From positions 1-64,000 of IMG/VR virus record IMGVR_UViG_3300030333_004588: 64,000 bases of DNA; one strand, written 5' to 3'. Of this stretch, positions 28,301 to 36,481 are shown piece after piece (position 1 is the stretch's first letter; each line of letters starts with the position of its first letter). Under the pieces are notes generated by a model. It was not told the DNA's origin. It did not search any database and saw only the letters and a list, made by a program, of their open reading frames with translations. This DNA comes from a virus. Both the position numbers and the translations under genes were made by a program.

Positions 28301-29662
28301 CTATTCTTTTTTTGGAATATTGTGAACTAATATGTCAGAACTAAAGTATGTATCAATATCTTCCACATCTAATGAATAAAAAGTTTCTTGTGATTGAACC
28401 AATGATATAGAATTGATATTTTGTTGTGAACCTGTTACATCAAGTAGTTTATCATCTTGTTGTAATTGATAAGGATACTTCCATGACCATGTTCCATCAC
28501 TACCAGATGCAAATACTGCACCATTAGTATCATCGGCAAGAACTTTCATACTACCATTTATTAGATAATATGATTCTCCAACTTGTGATTGTTTACCAAC
28601 AACTACAGAACCACTAAATGAACCCGATAAGGTACTCATACTAAAATTTTTAAAATTCATATCTGATAATGACATTCCTACTGGTTGATATGACTTAACA
28701 ACATCACCAACTTCTACATCTTGAATCTGTTTTGTAGAATTATCATACATACGAATTAAACTACCACTAACACCAAATGAACTATTATTAACAGAATATC
28801 TCCATGTATCATTACCACTATCTTTATGTAATTTTGTTCTTTGATTGACCCACCAATCTTGTAATATATGTGTAGATTCTGGTGTAGATAAATAAAGTAT
28901 TCTACCAGATGATACATAAGGTGAATCAGAATAACTACCTGAACCTATAATAAACTTCTCTGTTATATTTTCATTATCAACTGCATCTTTATAAGAATCT
29001 GTAGAATTATCAAAAGTATAAAAATCAATTGATGCATTTGATATACTATTATCAATTGATGAAGACTTACTTATATAATCAGGAAAATTAGTATTTGGTG
29101 TATATGATGAAGAATTAAATAATGGTATTAATGACCCTGATTCAGGAGAATTTCCTAATAATGTTCTAAAACTATTTTTAGATATAGAACCACTTGTGAA
29201 CTCTGCTAAATTATCTGTAGTAAACCAAGGTGTATCTATGAATAAATGAAAACTACCAGAATGTTGTGCCTCACCAAAATGGTCAATGTATGTAGAATCA
29301 TACCATTTATCATCTTCAAAATTAACAGATATATTATTAGTTGCAAAACTTGAACTAATTATTGGTCTTTGATATTCTTGTGGATTTTTTTGTCCATCAA
29401 TAGTAACACCATAAACATAGGCAGTATTAAAATTTTGGGATGATGCATAATCACTTATCTTATTAAAAATACTTTGTTGTGTTGATAAATTTCCTGTTAC
29501 ACGAACATTAGTATTCATCTCACAAAAATAAATGTCATTGGAACCTGTCTCTATTATATAGTCAAATCCACCTAATATACCTGCACGACTTAAATTAGGC
29601 CAGTTTCCACCACTTCCTGTGATATAATTAACGATATTTTTTACTTTGTTTTCTATAGACAT
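28301..29662 (-). CDS. ATP-grasp-like N-terminal region fused to a C-terminal Hint domain
   Basis: N-terminal FDYII...IYFCEMNTN. C-terminal GSLIRMYDNSTKQIQDVEVGDVV ... YSLDVEDIDTYFSSDILVHN (Hint blocks A, F, G). Confidence 0.65.
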   Translation of the reverse strand: MSIENKVKNIVNYITGSGGNWPNLSRAGILGGFDYIIETGSNDIYFCEMNTNVRVTGNLSTQQSIFNKISDYASSQNFNTAYVYGVTIDGQKNPQEYQRPIISSSFATNNISVNFEDDKWYDSTYIDHFGEAQHSGSFHLFIDTPWFTTDNLAEFTSGSISKNSFRTLLGNSPESGSLIPLFNSSSYTPNTNFPDYISKSSSIDNSISNASIDFYTFDNSTDSYKDAVDNENITEKFIIGSGSYSDSPYVSSGRILYLSTPESTHILQDWWVNQRTKLHKDSGNDTWRYSVNNSSFGVSGSLIRMYDNSTKQIQDVEVGDVVKSYQPVGMSLSDMNFKNFSMSTLSGSFSGSVVVGKQSQVGESYYLINGSMKVLADDTNGAVFASGSDGTWSWKYPYQLQQDDKLLDVTGSQQNINSISLVQSQETFYSLDVEDIDTYFSSDILVHNIPKKE

Positions 29663-29684
29663 ATTTTTTTCCTACCTATAAATA

Positions 29685-30242
29685 TCATTTCTCTAATAAA
29701 TCTATGATGTTTGAATTTAAACTTTTTATACAATGAACTATAGTATATTTATTCCAAATTTCAACATCATGTATTATAGAATCTTTACCAATTCTTTCCA
29801 TCTCTCTAAATGAACGAAGATTTAGATGTTTACCTGAACCACGATATTTTTTAGTAATCCATGTATTATAAGAATAACTATTATTTTCACCAACACTCAT
29901 TACTTCACAATCATAACCACAACTTGGTGAATCAAAAGCTGGTGACCCATTTTCATCCCAATATTTTAATACTTCTCCATTTGGTGATTGCCATACAAAT
30001 CCTATTATTTCATTATCTTCAATTAAGTAATGAAATTTTCTACCATTTTCTATTCTCCACAGATAATCATCTATGTTCCACATACCATCATAATTACCAA
30101 TATCTTTATGAAATGATAATAGTGCTAATTCTACTAATTCTATAGTAGGTTCTTCTGTATGAAAACTCCAACCAAGTGGTAACTCTTCTAAATCCCAGAC
30201 ACCATTACATGGTCTTTGAAATCTAATTTGTTTATTAAACAT
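29685..30242 (-). CDS. GNAT-like acyltransferase
   Basis: IIGFVW; YNTWITKKYRGSG (motif A); WN. Confidence 0.55.
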   Translation of the reverse strand: MFNKQIRFQRPCNGVWDLEELPLGWSFHTEEPTIELVELALLSFHKDIGNYDGMWNIDDYLWRIENGRKFHYLIEDNEIIGFVWQSPNGEVLKYWDENGSPAFDSPSCGYDCEVMSVGENNSYSYNTWITKKYRGSGKHLNLRSFREMERIGKDSIIHDVEIWNKYTIVHCIKSLNSNIIDLLEK

Positions 30243-30483
30243 CAGTTTGTTGAATTTGACTCATCATGTTCTTTGGTATAGAACCACAATTACCACATGC
30301 AAATACTTGAATTGGAACAATTGCTTCTTTACCTGTTGGTGATACTAATGGTGATATTCTTTTTAGAAAGAATGATTGTATGAAAGATGCGTTTCCACAC
30401 TCTTCACAAAGTATTGTTTCTGTATCACCGATATCTATTTGTTGTGGTGGTTCTTGTCCCACGAACTTTCTATCTTTACTCAT
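30235..30483 (-). CDS. Zn-ribbon protein
   Basis: CEECG...CGNCG. Confidence 0.6.
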   Translation of the reverse strand: MSKDRKFVGQEPPQQIDIGDTETILCEECGNASFIQSFFLKRISPLVSPTGKEAIVPIQVFACGNCGSIPKNMMSQIQQTDV

Positions 30484-31424
30484 TTTATTTTCCCTATTAT
30501 TTCTATGAACATCGCCATAACATTAATTTCTTTATCTACTACTACCGCATCACTTTGTTGGTATTGTGAAAGTATCAATATACATTCTGCAATATGACCT
30601 CTTCCCCAATCTTCTACGGTATCAAACAACAATCTAAATAAATCACTAAAGTCTGTAACTTTAGAATCTGCCAATAGTTGTCTTATATTTTTAAAACTAT
30701 TCTTTTTATCTTGAGTTTTTAAAATCTCTAAAACTTTTACCTTATAATCATTTTGAATACTCATTCCCTCGTCAATAACTAACTTACCATTCACTACTTG
30801 TCTTTGAGATGCATTTATAACTCTTCTTATATCTGGATAACCACCATTTACAATTGTTACGATATCATTAATATCAGATTCTACTTTTTCTTTGGTTAAT
30901 ATATTACCCAAGTGAACGGCAACTTGTTTTCTATCAGGTGGAACTATCTGAAATGATTGACATCTTGATTGTATCGGGTCAATAATTCTCTCAACATAAT
31001 TACAAGTCAATATAAATCTACAATGTTTACTAAATGTTTCCATAAGATTACGAAGTGCAGCCTGTGATGCTGGTGTAATGTAATCTGCCTCATCTAAAAT
31101 AATGACTTTCATATTTGAAAACCCAATAGTTGATGCAAAGTTTTTAACTTTATCTCTAACCATTTCAAGTTTTCTCTCATCCGAAGCATTAATATATAGA
31201 TAATCACAATCTATATTGTTAACTAATAATTTAGCGAGAGTGGTCTTACCTGTACCGGCTCTTCCATATAGTAGAAGATGTGGTAAGTCTCCACTCTCCA
31301 AATAAACCTCAACCTTACTTTTTAGGTGTTCATTACCTATATAAGATTCAAGATTTGAAGGCCGATACTTTTCTACCCATAACGAGTTTTTAATTTCATC
31401 CATTATAACTTTCTCCATATCCAA
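30480..31424 (-). CDS. Clamp loader large subunit (gp44/RFC)
   Basis: WVEKYRP, GRAGTGKT, DEAD, SRC. Confidence 0.93.
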   Translation of the reverse strand: MDMEKVIMDEIKNSLWVEKYRPSNLESYIGNEHLKSKVEVYLESGDLPHLLLYGRAGTGKTTLAKLLVNNIDCDYLYINASDERKLEMVRDKVKNFASTIGFSNMKVIILDEADYITPASQAALRNLMETFSKHCRFILTCNYVERIIDPIQSRCQSFQIVPPDRKQVAVHLGNILTKEKVESDINDIVTIVNGGYPDIRRVINASQRQVVNGKLVIDEGMSIQNDYKVKVLEILKTQDKKNSFKNIRQLLADSKVTDFSDLFRLLFDTVEDWGRGHIAECILILSQYQQSDAVVVDKEINVMAMFIEIIGKIK

Positions 31425-32629
31425 ATTGGTTCACAAAACCTTTTATCTTTTGTTTCTTCTGCTCTTTGTATTGTAGTGTCTTGAAACCTTTCATCTGTTG
31501 CTCTTGCCATTCCTGCACCACCACTATTTGGTCGTTTTGCCATTTCCATTCCTATACAACCTTGATATTCTGAATCACTAAATGTTGATAAGAAATCATT
31601 CATAGGATTACAAATCTCTACCATATTTCTTTGACCTGCAGTTCTTGCAAATACATCAGCAATGTTCACTAATAAATATCCACCACTCTTAATAGAAATC
31701 CATAAATTTTTAATAGTTTTCTGTAAAAATTCTTCATTCCATCTGTCAATAGTTTTATACCTTACCCAACTCTGAGTATCATCATAACTATATCGTTCAA
31801 CACTAAAGTATGGTGGTGATGTAAATACGGTATCAAATGTATCTTTGTATTTAGTGAAATCAACATCTTCTGCTGGTGATTCTAAGAATTCATATTTCTT
31901 TTCAACTTCAAACAATGTTCTATGTTTATCATAAAACTCTGCCTGTTCTTTGTAGATTGGATGATTTTCTTTTCGTGGGTCAATACCAAGATAATACTCA
32001 CCTGTTTCACTACCATAAAATCCTGCCAACCTATCTCCCCAACCTGCACTAAAGTCTAATATGTTTTCACTACCTAACTTATCATATAGAACTTTGGCAA
32101 CATTTGGTTTGAATTGAGAACAAATATATTTTCTCAAACCAATCATAACACGAAATGCACTCTTATCAATTTTTGGTAGTTTTAGAGAGTAGGCAGAACC
32201 AATTAATGTAGTCATAAATTTATGACTTTCCCATGTTCTATGTGGGCCTGGGGCAATAGTCCCATCAACACTCCAACGATTCTTTTGTTGAAAATAATTA
32301 CTTACATCATTTCCTGTATTAATTCGTTTGAAGTATTGTTGTTTACCCTCATAAGTTAAGTCATATCTATATTCAGTTCCTTCACGAGCAAACCACTCAC
32401 CATCAACTAAAATTTCATTATGTCTCATACCTTTTAGTTTTTGAAGTTCTCTTCTGACATCCTTTTCGGATATATCCATGTATGGTGGTGGATATGACAT
32501 AGCAACTTTTGCAAGACTTTCTCTAACATCTTGTTTATCAAAAGTTTTTTTGATATATTCCCACTCTTCCTCATCTATGAAAAGATATGGTTCCATATCA
32601 TAGAATTTGTCAAAGTATGAAAGATACAT
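31403..32629 (-). CDS. Amino-(N6A/N4C) DNA methyltransferase-like protein
   Basis: DFSAGWG (motif I) followed by FTSPPYF (motif IV). Confidence 0.75.
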   Translation of the reverse strand: MYLSYFDKFYDMEPYLFIDEEEWEYIKKTFDKQDVRESLAKVAMSYPPPYMDISEKDVRRELQKLKGMRHNEILVDGEWFAREGTEYRYDLTYEGKQQYFKRINTGNDVSNYFQQKNRWSVDGTIAPGPHRTWESHKFMTTLIGSAYSLKLPKIDKSAFRVMIGLRKYICSQFKPNVAKVLYDKLGSENILDFSAGWGDRLAGFYGSETGEYYLGIDPRKENHPIYKEQAEFYDKHRTLFEVEKKYEFLESPAEDVDFTKYKDTFDTVFTSPPYFSVERYSYDDTQSWVRYKTIDRWNEEFLQKTIKNLWISIKSGGYLLVNIADVFARTAGQRNMVEICNPMNDFLSTFSDSEYQGCIGMEMAKRPNSGGAGMARATDERFQDTTIQRAEETKDKRFCEPIWIWRKL

Positions 32630-33360
32630 TATGTATTAGTTTGTGTTGATACTAAATAATATTCAGATTCATAATCATCTATTGTAAAGTTTATTTTAGA
32701 TAAACCTGCAGATGAAACTTTCATAGTTGCATTTTGACATTCTTTGTTAGCACTTAAGATATTTGAAAACATTTCAGCACTGAATGAAATAGGTTCAATA
32801 TCTGAATAGTTATCTACACTAACAGGAATTGTAACTCTATTTGATGCAATATTTGAAAAACCAATAACTATGTTAACTTTACCATTATCTGAAATAATAG
32901 TAAATGTTTCTGTTTCTGGTAAAGCACTTTTACCACTAATGAAAGTTCCAATGAAATATGAATCCAATTTCAAAGATAACTCAAATTCACTTGGTAAGTT
33001 TTTCAAAGGTGGTGGTGTTGGGATTACTGATAAATCACTCAACATATATTTAGATGTTGTTCCATGACCTGTATCTTTCATCTGTAATGATACAAATTTT
33101 CCACCCATATTATCTATTGTGAAATCAACATCGTCACCTACTACAGAAAGTAATGATAATAATTGTGATGTATTATATACACCAATTTCACTTGGGTCAA
33201 ATGCATCAAACTTATCCATTTTAACACTACCTACAACTGATTTATCACCTGAGATAAATCTTGTTACAAGAGTTTTACCATCTGATTCTATCTTAGTAGA
33301 TTTGATTTCTCCACCAAGATGATATTTGTTAATAAAACCTACTAACTTGTTTTTATCCAT
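32629..33360 (-). CDS. Sliding clamp (gp45-like)
   Basis: 243 aa, EIGVYN..QLLSLL, ends YYLV; lies next to PolB and the clamp loader. Confidence 0.75.
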   Translation of the reverse strand: MDKNKLVGFINKYHLGGEIKSTKIESDGKTLVTRFISGDKSVVGSVKMDKFDAFDPSEIGVYNTSQLLSLLSVVGDDVDFTIDNMGGKFVSLQMKDTGHGTTSKYMLSDLSVIPTPPPLKNLPSEFELSLKLDSYFIGTFISGKSALPETETFTIISDNGKVNIVIGFSNIASNRVTIPVSVDNYSDIEPISFSAEMFSNILSANKECQNATMKVSSAGLSKINFTIDDYESEYYLVSTQTNT

Positions 33361-33427
33361 TTTTCATTCTCCTATTGTTAATAATTTAATTGTCTCTATA
33401 TATACATATATATAAGTTTTCTCAAAA

Positions 33428-33868
33428 TCAAAAAAATCTTTCTATTTTTACAGGGTCACCAAACATTTCTTTTAAAAATTCTTGAAACTTATCTTCAGGA
33501 TAATTAGACCTACCAAGATTCATAAACCTTGTAGTGATTACAAAATTACCCTTGACATAACCACCCTTTGGGTCAGGCCATCTGTCAACTGATGGTGCTT
33601 TAATTGAATGTGGAACAAATATTTCATTCAAATCTATTTGATAATGAGGCATCCAATAATCACAACCCTTTTGTTTTTTAAATTGTTCCTCTAAGTCATC
33701 TCTTGTTATACCAACTTCAAGTTGTTTTTTGTATCTGTAAATCCTACCCTCTTTACTAACTGCCAACTCTCTTTTTAATTTTGAATTTAAATTTCCTCTT
33801 GTACTTCCTTGATTCTGTGATGACATATTTACATTTGACATCATTTTTTTAAATGGGTCTTTTGCCAT
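33428..33868 (-). CDS. Degenerate HNH-like endonuclease
   Basis: PSVDR...GYVKGN......N pattern. Confidence 0.5.
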   Translation of the reverse strand: MAKDPFKKMMSNVNMSSQNQGSTRGNLNSKLKRELAVSKEGRIYRYKKQLEVGITRDDLEEQFKKQKGCDYWMPHYQIDLNEIFVPHSIKAPSVDRWPDPKGGYVKGNFVITTRFMNLGRSNYPEDKFQEFLKEMFGDPVKIERFF

Positions 33869-36369
33869 TAGAAAAACCTCTCTATACTTTTTGTATTATC
33901 TACAACCTTTTCCCATTTCATTGCTTTATAAAACATACCAATCTTTTTACTCATTGCCTGTTCAAACATTCTTTCATGGTCAATATGTGTTTTAATTAAA
34001 TCTAAAATCTGTGGTGGGTCTTCGTAACCTTTATAACCTATAGTATCAAAACCAAACTCGTTATTCTTTAAATACACCCATTTAATCTTACTACCATTTG
34101 TAATCTTTTCATATTTCCTACCCTCATACCAATATTCTAAAAGTGAATTATAATTAATTGCAGATTTTACATGAACTGGTGTTCCCTTTTTATATCCACT
34201 AAATGCAGAGTCTTCTATTTTTACTTCATACTTACCAATACCCTTTACACCGATTGGATTTGCCATAACATCATAGTGAAGTGAATTCATGTTCCTTTTA
34301 AAAATACTAATTCTTTCATCAATTTTATCCTTTGGAACATCTGCCAAAATATCATCCAACACATTTTGTAATAACTCTTTCATTGCAACTGCAAAGTTAC
34401 TACGAACCGTATCCAATCCCTTTACATGTATTTTATTTACCTTACGACCTGCATCATTAATGATTCGTAACCCATATCTTTTCTTTGTAATAAATAATCC
34501 ACTCTTGGCAATCACCTCTTGTTTAATATCAAATACATGTTCATCAAGATTAAGAAACTTCTTTGCAAAATAATTATAACTTTGATTTAGATAATCTTGA
34601 ACCTCACCACATACTTCCAATATTCGTTGAGTCATCATTGCCTCAGATAATTTATCTTTCGGAAATCTTTTCTTTATCAATGGAATTGCAGAGGCGAAGA
34701 TTGAATCTGTATCAATGTATATAACATAATCATCGTTATCTCCAAGTTCTTTGTTATAAAAATGATTCGTTATCTTCTTACTGAACTTAATTAAGGCTTG
34801 ACCGGTAAGAGTCGTCGCCTCTGCGTTATCCAAGTCATAAAATCTAAATACTGATAGTCCTAACACACCATATAATGAATTTAAAATAATTTTCTGTATA
34901 TATTGTCGTCTGTCAAAGTAATCCTCTAATTCCTTGTCACCCTCTTCGTGATATTTCTTCACGAGTTTTCTCATCTCTACTCTTTCATTAAACCACTTAG
35001 TTAAAAGTGCAGGTATTAATCCTTGTTTATCTGTTCTATACATCACACCATTAGATGCAATACTAATTTTATTTGTTATTAAATAATTTTCTAATTCACC
35101 ATTTGTAAATTTACCAACTTCTTTTCCTTTATTATTATTCATCGTATATGTTTTTGTTAACCCTTTTTTCAAAAACTCTTCTGCATCCCAACCTTCAACT
35201 TTACCAAGTTTAGTTTCAGGACTAATATTCAATGAACGAATAACACTTGGATACATAGATGTGATATCTAAATCATAAACCCAATCGTGTTTACCTGCCT
35301 GTGGTGATTGAACATATGCACCTGCAAACTTATCATCAAGAAATTTCTTTGGTCTTGGTGGTTTATTTGGTGCAACAATACCAAGTTTTTTTAGATAAAC
35401 TAATATCGCACCCTCAAGATATCTTGAACTCATAAATACTTCCTCATAAGGAATATGTCCAAGATGTGCAATACCACGAGATATTTCTATTAGATTAAGT
35501 TTTTTATCTAATTCAACTAATATTTTTACATCTCGGATATTATAGTCAATAAATGTTTGTAAATCATTTTCATATAAATCATTAAGTGTTCCCTCATATG
35601 AAACCTTTTTCATACCAACTTCAACTTCACCAATGTAATCCAATCTATAACTTGATTGTTGGGAAAATGAAAACTTTCTATATAATGATAAGTAATCTAA
35701 ACAACTAACACCTGCAATTACATATCTCTTTTTAAATTCATTATAAAAGACTTGAGAGATAGGTGATAATAAATTTGCAACACTAACACCTAATACATTA
35801 ACTGCTCTATTATAAAGATATGGTATATCAAAATAGTCTGAATTCCAACCACTTAATATAGTTGGTTTTATTTCTAAATACTTTTGGAAGAACTTGTTCA
35901 ACATTTCATATTCAGTATCATATACCTCTACGATTTTATTATCTTTAGTATATGATTGAAGTCTCTTCTTTGCATCAAACACATATGTATAATATTTCTC
36001 TGTTAAAAAATCATAAAGTGCTATGGAAGTTATAACATTATTTGCCTTCATCACATCAGGAAAACCATCTGTAACCTCTACCTCTATATCAAAAAATATT
36101 TTTCTATGTCCCTCTGATACTTCATCTGAATCTGTATATTGGTCAACTAAAAATCTTGTTGTTGGTGGGACATCACTTTCGTGAAGTGTTGGGTCTTCCT
36201 TATCATAATTAAATACTTTCTTTACTCTATCACCATATAGTGAAACATGTTGACCACTTGAATTTTTTACATAGGCATACTTTTTATATGGGATAATTAA
36301 ATATCCTTTTTTATCATCCCAAAGATGAACTTTTTGTTTACGATTATCAAAATATATATTTTGGTACAT
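33868..36369 (-). CDS. Family B DNA polymerase (gp43-like)
   Basis: DIE exo I, DITSMYPS, KIILNSLYG, YIDTDS; C-terminal clamp-binding-like IERFF. Confidence 0.96.
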   Translation of the reverse strand: MYQNIYFDNRKQKVHLWDDKKGYLIIPYKKYAYVKNSSGQHVSLYGDRVKKVFNYDKEDPTLHESDVPPTTRFLVDQYTDSDEVSEGHRKIFFDIEVEVTDGFPDVMKANNVITSIALYDFLTEKYYTYVFDAKKRLQSYTKDNKIVEVYDTEYEMLNKFFQKYLEIKPTILSGWNSDYFDIPYLYNRAVNVLGVSVANLLSPISQVFYNEFKKRYVIAGVSCLDYLSLYRKFSFSQQSSYRLDYIGEVEVGMKKVSYEGTLNDLYENDLQTFIDYNIRDVKILVELDKKLNLIEISRGIAHLGHIPYEEVFMSSRYLEGAILVYLKKLGIVAPNKPPRPKKFLDDKFAGAYVQSPQAGKHDWVYDLDITSMYPSVIRSLNISPETKLGKVEGWDAEEFLKKGLTKTYTMNNNKGKEVGKFTNGELENYLITNKISIASNGVMYRTDKQGLIPALLTKWFNERVEMRKLVKKYHEEGDKELEDYFDRRQYIQKIILNSLYGVLGLSVFRFYDLDNAEATTLTGQALIKFSKKITNHFYNKELGDNDDYVIYIDTDSIFASAIPLIKKRFPKDKLSEAMMTQRILEVCGEVQDYLNQSYNYFAKKFLNLDEHVFDIKQEVIAKSGLFITKKRYGLRIINDAGRKVNKIHVKGLDTVRSNFAVAMKELLQNVLDDILADVPKDKIDERISIFKRNMNSLHYDVMANPIGVKGIGKYEVKIEDSAFSGYKKGTPVHVKSAINYNSLLEYWYEGRKYEKITNGSKIKWVYLKNNEFGFDTIGYKGYEDPPQILDLIKTHIDHERMFEQAMSKKIGMFYKAMKWEKVVDNTKSIERFF

Positions 36370-36401
36370 TTAGGTTGTAATATCCCTATTTTTCATAACT
36401 G

Positions 36402-36431
36402 AATTTAATAATAAAACCATATACTTGTCAA
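36402..36431 (-). promoter_or_regulatory. Sigma70-type promoter of the DNA polymerase
   Basis: A tract-GC-TTGACA-N18-TAAATT. Confidence 0.65.
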
Positions 36432-36443
36432 GCTTTTTTTTTA

Positions 36444-36472
36444 ATAAAGTGGGCGGTATGTTTCAACCGCCC
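36444..36472 (-). terminator. Terminator after the TonB-dependent receptor
   Basis: GGGCGGT-TGAAACAT-ACCGCCC stem-loop followed by ACTTTATT. Confidence 0.65.
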
Positions 36473-36481
36473 AAATTATAG

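Noticed and set aside
28301-28790. Canonical splicing intein
   Set aside because: No Cys1, no TxxH, the +1 residue is Ile and the C-extein is only 5 aa.
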